Source: Catajapyx aquilonaris
Taxonomy: Eukaryota
Assembly (NCBI GenBank): GCA_000934665.2
Contig: JYFJ02003880.1
Coordinates: 1-36,730, forward strand
Direction of reading: 5' to 3'
Length of the DNA stretch: 36,730 bases
A program made the translations under genes and the position numbers. The notes beneath the pieces were generated by a model that saw only the letters and a program-made list of their open reading frames with translations, was not told where the DNA came from and ran no database searches. Of the stretch, positions 24,090-34,575 are shown in pieces; the stretch's first letter is position 1, and the number at the start of each line of letters is the position of its first letter.

Positions 24090-24960
24090 TTAGGTCTTAG
24101 GGGGTTCGACAATCCAAGTCCAAATGTTTCTTGCTATGCCAACGCTGCCTTGGTATGTCTCTTCGCGCAGCCAGACCTCAGGACAAGAATCTCGGCCTCG
24201 AAGGGAAGCAGCAGCGTTTTAAGGGCCCTAAAAACAGCTCTCGCACAACACCGACCTTATCAGCGTCCCCCTGCGAAGAGGAGAGTATCCAACACAACGG
24301 CACCGGCAACTATAATGACGTCGTCGCTCCCTCGTCATTCGGGGTCAGAAGAGCTCTGGGTAGAGGATTCGACGCGGAGAAACAGCAAGACTCTTTAGAG
24401 TTCATCGAATTCCTGTTCGAAGATTTGCCTGTACCTACACCTAAGAGACTGGGGCACTCACCGATGCCACGATGAATATGAGTGTTCCTTCTGCCACGCC
24501 AGATGGGAAGGGGCAGAGGAAACTCGGCGGTATCTCTCTCTGATCGTGCCAAGAGAGAGTGTGTCTCTCTTCGTCCTGTTGCAGCAGAGGGACGAAGGAG
24601 TACCATGCCCGTCTTGTAAGCGCACTGGGGTTGCTGCCAAGACCTGCATTTGAAGTAACGTACAAGGTTGCCTCATCCTGCACCTTGAACGTCACGATGA
24701 AAGTGGAGGGGAAAGGTCGGACGCCAGCATAACAGATTTCGACCTAAGTGACCATATATCAATTGGATTCAAGCTATTCAAAAGCAGTGAAATCCTATTA
24801 CACCATGGAGTCTCAATGAATTACAACCACTACACTGCTTTAGTGAAGAGTGAAGGGTGAAGGTAGTTGGCTACACTTTAACGACCAGCAGATGACCACT
24901 ACTTCGGATCCGAGGAGAATGATTAGGGACACAGTCTGCATATTTCTCCTACCTCTATCT
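24090..24960 (+). pseudogene. USP/C19 ubiquitin-specific protease remnant
   Basis: Cys box GLRGFDNPSPNVSCYANAALVCL; QQDSLEFIEFLFE; CPSC finger; LILHLERH; His box LLHHGVSMNYNHYTALVK; WLHFND. The boxes are in the right order but spread over several frames with stops. Confidence 0.8.
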
Positions 24961-25158
24961 CTGAAGGCTGATACAACCCATCCTTCTTAGTTTCCAAATA
25001 AAATATGTGATACGTAAGCAAATTATTTATTCCCATTTTCAAAACATTATAAAATTTTTTAAATCATACACAACGAATGCAATTTGCATCTCTTCTAAAC
25101 ACGAATACATCAATGAGTATAACTACTTGTTCATATTGCTTCGTCAAAAAATAACTGC

Positions 25159-25816
25159 AATTATCACAAAAAAACAATCCCTATGGAATTGTAAAAAAAA
25201 GAAAGTAAGATCTAAGTGACGGATAGAAATTACTGAAACAAGACTGGGCTGCGTAAGATCTTCACCATATGGGTAAATGTAACCCAGAGATCTTACTTCC
25301 GCATTTAACGTTTTACAAGATGTCATGTTAGAAATTGTCTAAAAGATCCAGAGTATAATAAGCCATTCTGTTAACCAATTAACATCCTAGCCCCCCAACT
25401 AATCGATTAACCAATAAATCAATCAACCAACCAGCACCTCATTTAATCAATGGAACAACAAAGAAAAAATCAAGCCTCCGAACAACCAATCTCCAACCAA
25501 CCAGACAATAAGTAATCACTTACTGTTAGCAAGTCATAAGTATTTAACCAATCATCATTCAAAAAACCAGCCTATAAACCCTTGGGAATACTATTCTCAG
25601 CCCTACAATCACTAATACCTAACACCCAGCACAAAGATGACTTGATCAACACCATCTTGTAAAACGTTAAATGCGGAAGTAAGATCTCTGGGTTACATTT
25701 ACCCATATGGTGAAGATCTTACGCAGCCCAGTCTTGTTTCAGTAATTTCTATCCGTCACTTAGATCTTACTTTCTTTTTTTTACAATTCCATAGGGATTG
25801 TTTTTTTGTGATAATT
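25159..25816. repeat. Foldback: 164-bp inverted arms with a ~330-bp spacer
   Basis: 25159-25322 is the reverse complement of 25653-25816 and looks essentially perfect by eye. Confidence 0.95.
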
Positions 25817-26506
25817 TCAAGTAAAACCCATGCTGCATTTATGATGTGTGCGACGAAAAGAAGGAAGTGCACCATTGTTGGCCACCGTTGGTACCACTTC
25901 CATTGTTGACATTGTCTTGGGTAAGGACAAGGGGAGATTCCTGCCACCACTGCCATGATGGCCAGGGGTCTGAACGACGTCTTCTGTTTCATTGGTTGTT
26001 CTTTCTTCATTTATCGTAATCACAGTAGACACTCTTCTAAACATGATTTTCACTCATTCAAACACAAGTTTTGTCACTAGTTCTCAGTGAAAATTTCCTA
26101 ATGTCTCTTTTCTGGGACCCATAACGCAGTGACTCCCTTTCACACTAACTGCACCAGCAAAATGTCTCTCCAACAGAGCGCATCTATAAAAAACATCAAT
26201 TACTGACCTTTATAGTGACCCCTATAAAAGATGTATCCACAAATGAGTAATTGCTTGTTTAATATTACAAAATTCGATTTTGTTTTATGTGCCCATTCTT
26301 CTGGCCGGGTCCATTCACAAGCCTACACCTTTCAGTTTTGTAACAATAACTGATTCATTTGTCAGGGTGTAACTTGTCACATAGTGCTGTCAAATAACAT
26401 CCTAAAGAGAAATATGATTTTTATGCAGTGTTGTTACGTGACTAGATGCATGAATATTACAAAGGTTAGACCGGTGGTCGTAGTGATGTAATATTGTTGT
26501 AGTAAT

Positions 26507-26952
26507 ACCGAAGCAGCAGTAGCTGAGGGGATTTGGTATCCGGCTGCAAATCGGGAGGTCCAGGGATCAAATCCCCAGGCCGGCAACTCTGACCGTGGTT
26601 TTCTGTGGTTTCCCACGGTCACCCCAGGTGAATACCGGAGTTGTTTCCTAATCGTAGGCCACAGCCGCTTCCTGCCCTTCCCTATCCCTGCCCCGTACTG
26701 GAGGAGGTGCGGCGTTTGTGGGAGGCCTCTTACCCGCACCTAGAGGGTTGTCTTTCAACCTAGCCCTCTGGGGGACTGCACACGGCCTCCGCCATGAGAC
26801 ATTGCACTTGCACCACTGTCCCCCCCTCCATTCCAGCACTGGAGAGACAGAAAATGGTAGAAAAAACCTCCCTCCTACATAAGCCAGAAGGCTTCAAGGG
26901 TGTAATTNACATAAGCCAGAAGGCTTCAAGGGTGTAATTAAAAAATATATAT
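26507..26952 (+). mobile_element. tRNA-derived SINE (second family, long form)
   Basis: 16-17-bp TSD ATATTGTTGTAGTAAT(A) at 26491 and 26953; head ACCGAAGCAG...GGGATCAAATCCC; central GGTTTTCTGTGGTTTCCC...AGGCCACAGCCGCTTCC block shared with 32552-32810. Confidence 0.88.
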
Positions 26953-27355
26953 ATATTGTTGTAGTAATATTTCTTATATCTCTGAACTGATACGATTGTG
27001 ACTAATTTCGGTCCATATTTGCACATAATTCGTTCGACCTTCCACGACTGATATGACAGGAAGGTGTCGTCAGTTTCTGCGTGCTAAACACATGCGAATG
27101 GTCGTGAGTTCGTGACCACTTCATTATGTATCGTGGACATGATTTTGTGAGATAGTCACGCACAATGCACGCGCCATTATAATAATAATAAAAGGCTTTG
27201 CAATGCGGGATATACGAACATTCTCTGTTTTAATAAAAAAATAATTTGTATAATAATAAAAAAATTAATTATGCCACACAGAATGATATTATTTCCGTAA
27301 GAAGTGTCTTTTCACTGTCACATACAGCACGGCCGTTAATTCTGTGATTAACAAG

Positions 27356-28967
27356 TCAAGGAGTCATCCCTGCGTCGGTTGTGTTTGGCTCAGTGTAGTC
27401 GAGGCCATCATCTTTCCAATTTTCTCCTAATTTGAATTGAGCGAGGACTATCAGAAACGTCGTTACAGCAGCGGCCACCTTCAAAAAAAGTATACAGTAA
27501 TGTTTACATCATGTATGATCTGTTGTCAAATAGTTTCACAGAAGCAAAACTCACTGAGGTCAGCATGCCACGATTGACAGTGAAGTAACTGGCAGCAGTT
27601 ATCTCCATTGGAGGACCTATCATAGTCCAGATTAGTGATTGAATCTGAAACAAAATAATCACATATAAATGGAAATTCTACATACAGGATAGAGATACTG
27701 TAAACAAGTACACTTACATCTGCCTTGATGCGTGGATTGATCACTTGGCGATTTGCTCTGATCAGATGGGGAAGTGACTTGGTGCTCTGAAAAGATAAGG
27801 TTTTTTGGCATTATAAATTAGTAAAATTAACTCAGAGTGTAATCAAGTTGACCAAAACCTTTTTAAACAGTTTAAAAATATTGCATGTCGTCACCAATGT
27901 TGGCCCTTCACAGATTAATTTTGCTCTGTTACATTATGTTTCAAAGATCGAGTGTCTTTTTCTTGCATTACAATCTATACCTGCTTTTGAATGGATCCGA
28001 GGATACTGGCGAAAACAACCAGGGAAGTTGCCACTGTAATGACTGCAACGAGCCCCAAACCGGTTTCAATGGGAGATTCCGTAGAAGTAATTATTAGCAA
28101 GAAAAAGAGAAAAGTGGTGCTCCACATTACAAGCATTAGAATGGTCGTCATGATGAATATGCCGTAAGTGTCGTGCATCATGTCCACCAGGCGACAAAGC
28201 TCGTGAAACAAATCAGCGGAATATCTGATGTTCCGGATCATGTTCACATCATTTTGTGCTTCAGTGGACGTGTACAGTAAATGGCACATTTTGATCACTT
28301 CATTGTTGAAATCCTCGAGGCGCGACAGGTGAACGAGGACCAGAAATGTCAGCTGAATGGGAATCACGACCAGTAAGAAGTAGCAAAACACAAAGTACAA
28401 AGTGTCAATTAATTCTATGATATCAAACTGTTCGCCGGGAAACATAATTAAGCAGGCGATTGCGTCAGCATCATGTAATACAGGAAGGGAAACACAGGAG
28501 ATCACCAGCAGGATTGCATAGGTTCGCAACTTCTTCTTATGGCTTTTCACGTTCTGATGTGACAAGCGTATAATCAACCTCCAGATGGCAGGTACTCTCC
28601 TTTGGATCAAAACGAAGTTACACCACGGACCTAAAATCAAAACCGATTCCAATATTGTCATCGAGACTGTTTCCGTTGGACCTCCAAATCGTCCCTCAGC
28701 AGTCCAGTACTGTGGTGGGTCACTCACAAGTAGAGCAATATGTAGTACAAGCAATGCAAAATGTATGATTGTTGGCCATCGCCTGTACCACATTCCTCTC
28801 AAGTCTTCCTCTTTCTTGGGCCAAGGATAAGGAGCGATTCCTCCAACCACTGACAAGATGGCCACTGGTCTCAACACTTCCCAAAATGTACTTCCACTCT
28901 TTGCACTGTCTTTTGCATTTTGGGCCTCCTCCACCGAAATCACTATCGTCGACATTCTTCCAAACAT
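27356..28967 (-). CDS. Gustatory receptor GR-6 (subfamily A)
   Basis: Exons 28967-27981, 27786-27718, 27644-27555, 27478-27356; ends VAAAVTTFLIVLAQFKLGENWKDDGLDYTEPNTTDAGMTP*. Confidence 0.93.
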
Positions 28968-29048
28968 TTTGTAAGTAGTGACCAACTTTTGCAGCACCTT
29001 AATTATATTATCTTCAGCCAGTAACTATTCACTTGCCAAGAGTGGCAG

Positions 29049-29690
29049 AAAGATGTCCAAGCAACAATATTCAGACCACAAAATAGCAGGAGGTTCACAC
29101 GCGAGAGGTTTTTCAAGTTGGTCTATTGGTCGGGTCGAGATCAATGCAGGTTGTGGACACAATGTGTCTAGTTTGAGACACACAATAAATAATTACAATA
29201 ACAGGGCGTTGTTCACAATTCCTGTTTCTTCGTTGCCATGCAACAGATGTTGCGTTACAATGCATACAACTGAACTGTGTCGTGTCAAATTTTGGTGTCA
29301 GCAAACGCAGAGCGTCAATCATTGAAGACACTGGATTTTAATATCCATCTTTCCATGACACAAAAATCTCAAATCAAAAACAATCTATTTGTCAACTATT
29401 TAAAGTTAAAATAACAGTAATGGGAATTAGTTTTGCTTAGTGACTCCCATTATTCAGGAGAAATTTTTTTCAATGGGCTTTGGAAACTTATGAGAAGAAT
29501 GTCAATTGGAATAATAAGTTTAGGTATACACTCTCTCATATGGGATATAAACCTTATTTACTTGCAGAGACTGAGATGCATAAATTCCATACGGTTGTCA
29601 ATTATTTCCATTTGTTCTTGTTACGAAAATCTTTGAATAGGTCATAAATAATTATCAAAATTTATTTACAGCACTGTGGCTCTCAGATCA
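29049..29690 (+). repeat. Diverged duplicate of the spacer at 35465-36620 (GR-6 upstream region)
   Basis: Colinear shared blocks: TCCAAGCAACAATA, TTCAGACCACA, GTCGAGATCAATGCAGGTTG, AATGTGTCTAG, ATAACAGGGCGT, CTGTTTCTTCGT, CCATGCAAC, TTATTCAGGA. Confidence 0.8.
29232..29244. promoter_or_regulatory. RFX X-box-like palindrome upstream of GR-6
   Basis: GTTGCCATGCAAC about 270 bp upstream of the ATG. Confidence 0.45.
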
Positions 29691-29843
29691 AGTAGCCTAC
29701 ACTGTGCATGGTGTGACACAGCCAAGCATTATTTTTAAGCCGTAAGATGGTATCCAACTCTCAGAAGCTCTTGGTCTTTTTCCCATTTTGGTCAGTTAAA
29801 TTTTCTCTTCACGGACGTGGAGAAAAATCTTCAGTCTTGTTTT

Positions 29844-31270
29844 CTACACCTGTTTGGCGAAAGACAGAAACACTTGCTCCAAAGTAGGCTCGCTGATGGA
29901 GTAGTCTTCCACCAGATCGACCTCATTTTTCAAGGTTTCCATGGTTCGGAAGAGGAAAGTCCAAGACAACGCTGTATTAGTGACGTGATATTGCAGTAGC
30001 CCCTAGAAAAAAAAAATTATGGATGCAATGCAGCCAAAAACAATGCAATGTCGGCAAGATCAGATCTGATTGTAGATGACGCAAGCAAACAGACGAAAGA
30101 CATTGAGATAAACATATTGCTCAACCGGTAGATTTTGAATCGAATGACAGTCCTGCGGCCATGACAGTGCCGGGCAAGTGGTCCAACGTCTTTGAGACAG
30201 ACTTGAACAAGAGTAATTAAATCTAACATGGTAAATTTCGAAAACTCTGCTCTTAACGAGTACTAATTTAGACCCCTCTATTTACCAGAAATGCCTACAG
30301 AATTGTTACCTGATGTTCGTCCTTCAGGACACACGGTGCAAGCGTGGTCTCCACTAGACTTTTCAGAGCCGACAATTCTTCTTCCTGATTGGCAACGTCA
30401 CTGCCTTGCTTCAGTTTCAACACCACGCTGAACCCTCTTCCAAACTTGGACTTAATGTGCTGAGGGCCTCCCAAGCACTGGAACTGGCCGTTGACCATTA
30501 TGGCCAGTCGTGAACACAAAGCTTCGCATTCATCCATGCTAGAACACGTGTGGTACAGGGTGAGTTTGGTGCATGTAGTACAGGAGGATATCTCCTCTCC
30601 TCGTAAGTGATCTCACCGTACCTGTGCGAGGTGAGTATGACCGCCTGTCCGGTAGACTTGATCTGAGCAAGGACCTGCCAGAGGTTCCTCCTGGCTGTGG
30701 GGTCAACCCCGCTGGTGGGCTCGTCCAGGAAGACCACTTTGGGGTCACCAATCAGGGCAATGGCCGTGCTCAGCTTCCTCTTGTTCCCACCGGAGTAGGT
30801 CCCGCAAGGCTTGGACTTGTGCTCTTGCAAGCCCAGGTCCCTCACCCACCTTCTCACCTCCTGGACTCGCGTATTCCTCGCTATCCCCCTCAGCGAAGCG
30901 TACAGGTGAAGCATCTCTTTGCCGGTCAGGGCATCTATTAAGGCGTCGAATTGGGGGCAGTAACCGATCTGGGACAAGTACTGTCAGGAAAAAAGCATGA
31001 GCTTAATTATTTTCACCTGGAAAAATAGACATGTGTTGCTTACTGCTCTTTTCGAACTCGTGACACCTTTCCCCAACAGATAGGCATTGCCACTGCTCGG
31101 TGTCTCATCTCCGGTCAGCATCCTGAAGGTCGTGGTCTTTCCGGCGCCGTTCAGTCCCAACAATCCGAAACATTCGCTGTCCTCGATGGCGAAACTCACG
31201 TTCCTCACTGCCATTAGGTTTCCAAATTTTTTGGACAAATTTTTCACTACGAATGTACTCGTACTTAGGC
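29844..31270 (-). CDS. ABCA-subfamily transporter, C-terminal NBD2 exons (part of an internally deleted gene)
   Basis: Four in-frame exons: Walker [42 protein letters not shown] (NBD2-type signature), [53 protein letters not shown]. Confidence 0.88.
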
Positions 31271-32189
31271 CTGAAAAAAATTCAATTGACTGAAATTCTC
31301 ATTAAAAACCTACCAGCCCGAACCCATAATGGTATACGTTCGCCCCCAAACAAGTTGAGTGGTGGGGTAACAAACAAGACATGATTTAAAAATCTTCCTT
31401 AAGATTATCTGGCCTTTAGAATCGATAATTCTGTATGGTACCAGTAAAGCTAGGAGGACACCAAAGTTGAAGTTGATATTACAGTTGACAACTGAAATAT
31501 ATGTGCATGATTACAACTTGGACAGTGAATTTCTGTGGGGTGCGGGTGTACTAAAAATATTGCTGACACTATACGTTTATATGTTATCAGGACGTAAATT
31601 TTAACCATGAAGCTGATTATAGCCACACAAATATAAAGAGAGCATTGATATTAATTACAAGAAATCTACCACAGCATTTTAAAATGGGATTGCTCGGGGA
31701 CTTTTTCTGAAATGGCTACATTTTGCTGTACCACAGGTAACGGCGCGGTTTCATTTTATTAATAAATTTAAATGTGATACTAAGATAATAATTTACAACT
31801 CACTTAACCCCTTTTGCTACCAGCTACACTGTCATCGCCTAAACCTTCGCTTACATGTACTCTGAAGATAAGGACAAGATATTTGACAAATAATAACAGC
31901 TATTGTGCTATACGTATCACTACACTACAGTCTGCACTGTGAATGTGTTGGGGACGATTTTCCTCGCCTAGATGTCCTGATTTTCACAATGATCGTCGTA
32001 AAAAAAACTAACTTCGAGTGCTACCGTCCAACTGTTAGTCTTATTTACCCGCAATAAGTACAATACGTACACCCCGGAGCAGAGCAGTGGCGTACACTTG
32101 GCCAACATTAATACATTAATAATATAGCAAGTTGGTTAACAAAACAGCTATGTGATGAAATCATGAACAAATGAAGTAATTACAGGGAA

Positions 32190-32550
32190 AATAAAATGGG
32201 AAAAATCATAACTTCAATCCTGTAGAAGTGTAGAACAAAAGTCCACACCATCCTGCTGCACATTCGCCCATTTGAAGAAGAAACATAATTCCACATGGTT
32301 ATTGCGCAAAAAATAAAAACCCTTTTTATTAGTGGTTTTTAATTTTTTGTGCAGTACTGAAGAGGAATTCAGTTTAGGTGTAAATGGTAGGAAATCACTT
32401 CATCGCAGTGGAGATCTGCGTTCAAAATTTGGAACCTCTACCTGCTGCAGAATCGGAGTTAGAGCGAATGGAAAAAAACGTAACACCATGTTGGAAAAAT
32501 TCATTGTTGAAATGGGATATTCGGTCTTACTTAGGGGCTACCGACCCTAA
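32190..32550 (+). mobile_element. Non-autonomous Helentron-associated element end, related to the left end of 21327-25813
   Basis: 32405-32549 is colinear with the reverse complement of 21327-21470 (GCAGT, GTTCAAAA, TAGAGC, AAAAATT.ATTGTTG.AA, TCTTACTT, terminal hairpin TAGGG...CCCTA). The left boundary is uncertain. Confidence 0.6.
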
Positions 32551-32551
32551 A

Positions 32552-32617
<66 letters not shown>
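32552..32617. repeat. (ATT)22 microsatellite, the SINE tail
   Basis: Pure ATT run directly abutting the SINE body. Confidence 0.97.
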
Positions 32618-32810
32618 GCTTTTTGGGATAGGATAGGGAAGGATGGAAGCGGCTGTGGCCTATTATTGAGGGAGAAATCCCGGAATTCTGCTGGGGGGAC
32701 CGTGGGAAACCACAGAAAACCACTGTTAGGATTGCCGGCCCCGGGACTCGAACCCAGGACCTTCCGATTAGCAGTCTAACACCATATCCACTCCACCAAA
32801 CTGCTTCGGT
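32552..32810 (-). mobile_element. tRNA-derived SINE (second family, short form with (AAT)n tail)
   Basis: Head ACCGAAGCAGTTTGGTGGAGTGG with B-box GGTTCGAGTCC; same central block as 26507-26952; no TSD found. Confidence 0.88.
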
Positions 32811-33207
32811 ACTTACACAAAAAAAATGCAATTTACATTTTTCATTTATGCCATACAGTAAATGAAAGCTACTCTCTCCTGTATAATCACTCAGATGGGT
32901 GTAGTAGAAAGTTAAATACAGCAATCCACTATATACTCCCTATTACACTAAATTCTGGTCCCCATGGCGCAGAGCGGAGGAGAATGTGAACCTCGATCTA
33001 CTTCCGGTGTCACAGTTGCCTGGGATCTTGGAATATTCGAACGGGAAATATATGTTGTGTTATAATACTCCAAAACATGATTTATACACGATTACAATCA
33101 CCGCGAGATATGGACTAATAATTGTCCTAAGCACATTAAAAATTAGTATTAATTTGTTTTGACTAACCCTCATGTGAAAAACGAGAGTGGTGTTTTGTAA
33201 ATCTTAC

Positions 33208-34575
33208 TTTTGGCAGTGATGCATTGGTGCAGGCGTCGGAGCACATAGTTTCAATAATTCCTCTATCAACCGCGATCTGCATTCCAGAGAATCCCGTGAT
33301 AATATACATCGATTCTGTAACAAAATTCAGATGAGTAAGTGTCGGTTAGCAATGTAGTCTATACTGAATATGACCGAATACATGATATATGCAAATAATA
33401 TAATGTTGGTAATGGTATATACAGAGTGTTTCAACTTTTTTGTCCGAAGAGTTCTCGGAAATATTGCACTGCCAATTTGTAAGCAGTGACATGCAACAGG
33501 TTTGTCGGAGTAATGGGGAATATTCCCTGCGAATCTTAGGTTGAAGTGGCATACACTGCTTACAAAGTATAGCAGCTTAGTGCAAGATTTTCAATAACTG
33601 TTCGGACAATAAAGTTGAAACACGCTGTAGGCCTATATGCATTCAACTACCTACTACCCCGTCGCTGTCGATGTAATATGAGTCTGTATAGGTCAAACCC
33701 CGACGCATCATGATCCTGAACGGGATTTCCGTATGGCCTTCCTCGAACGGGCCATCAAACACGACTCCTGCCAATTGACCACCAGTATAATAAGACCAGT
33801 TTTTTGGTGAGTCTCGGTTTTTTATGTACATAGAAATTACTTCAGCTCTCGTCTCCAAGGGGATGAATTCTGCAAAGTCAATCAAATAATCGTACAGTGT
33901 TAGGAATGTTCCTGCTGTTAACCCTTAACCTGTTTAAAAATTACTTCAAGATATGAGCACTGTGGACCTAATGTTACGTCTCGGACATTTTCATGAGCAG
34001 TATACTGTATTTCATATTACAAAGCGTCCTAAGTAATGATCGGGTGATCATGATTATTACTGTACATTCCGCACTGTGATCTACGGTATAGAACAAAATA
34101 ATTACTAACAAAATATATATTACCAGCGGGAATTTCGTGTTCCAGCAAGACGTTATCCACAGACTTCATCACATTGTGAGTGAATGCGTTCGACGGGGCA
34201 TAAGCAATCTTTCTGCAATAAAAATGTGTAGCTTATACAGTATTCATAAGTTGTATAAAAACCCCTGATATTATCTGGAGTCACTGAAACATATTTTGTG
34301 TTAGCGGCCAAATCCATCTTGCTGGCAGTTATCACATACCTGACCTGGAACTGAGGCATGTGCTTAGGATATAGCTTGCCAAAAATATCTGATTCTGTAA
34401 GTACGCCAGATACTATTTTTTCATGGTGATCTGCGTCGCTTTGTCCACTTAATGACCACAAGACCAGTGCCATCAGCGGAGGAAGTAATAGTTCGCAGCC
34501 TGTCACGATAAAATGCCTCTTGCGTAATAGCAGGTTTTTCCACATCAGGAGCAAAAAGTGATTCAACCACAGCAT
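33208..34575 (-). CDS. ABCA-subfamily transporter, N-terminal exons (TM1 plus part of extracellular domain 1)
   Basis: MLWLNHFLLLMWKNLLLRKRHFIVTGCELLLP (classic ABCA start), IAYAPSN, LAGVVF, YIITGFSGMQIAVD. Exons 34575-34340, 34212-34124, 33914-33651 and 33314-33208 splice in frame. Confidence 0.85.
33422..33627. mobile_element. Tc1/mariner-type MITE in an ABCA intron
   Basis: About 49-bp imperfect TIRs CAG(A/C)GTGTTTCAACTTT(T/A)TTGTCCGAA..., with TA on both flanks. Confidence 0.85.

Larger units (their letters stand above)
21327..25813 (+). mobile_element. Helentron/Helitron-like rolling-circle element (internally deleted) with Pif1 and USP remnants
   Basis: Removing it restores the GR reading ...CTT GAA ATG TGG CGC (only AT is shared at the two junctions). 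Terminal hairpin TAGGGAC-GATA-GTCCCTA at the left end; TCCCTAT and AAGTAAGATC occur in inverted orientation near both ends; Pif1 motifs lie inside. Confidence 0.75.
19842..26044 (-). pseudogene. Gustatory receptor pseudogene GR-5 (subfamily B), disrupted by two insertions and a frameshift
   Basis: 5' part 26044-25814 (MFRRVSTVITINEE..., frameshift near 25975); exon 1 resumes at 21326-20769 and 20428-20267; exons 20190-20122, 20062-19973 and 19904-19842 are intact (TTYFIVFAQFKTSEQ*). Confidence 0.92.

Noticed and set aside
26877..26939. 31-bp tandem duplication around an N
   Set aside because: An exact repeat on both sides of a single N (26908) is typical of a contig-join overlap artefact.
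32384..32779. 131-aa ORF with poly-Ile
   Set aside because: It is a translation of the (ATT)n tail and the antisense SINE.
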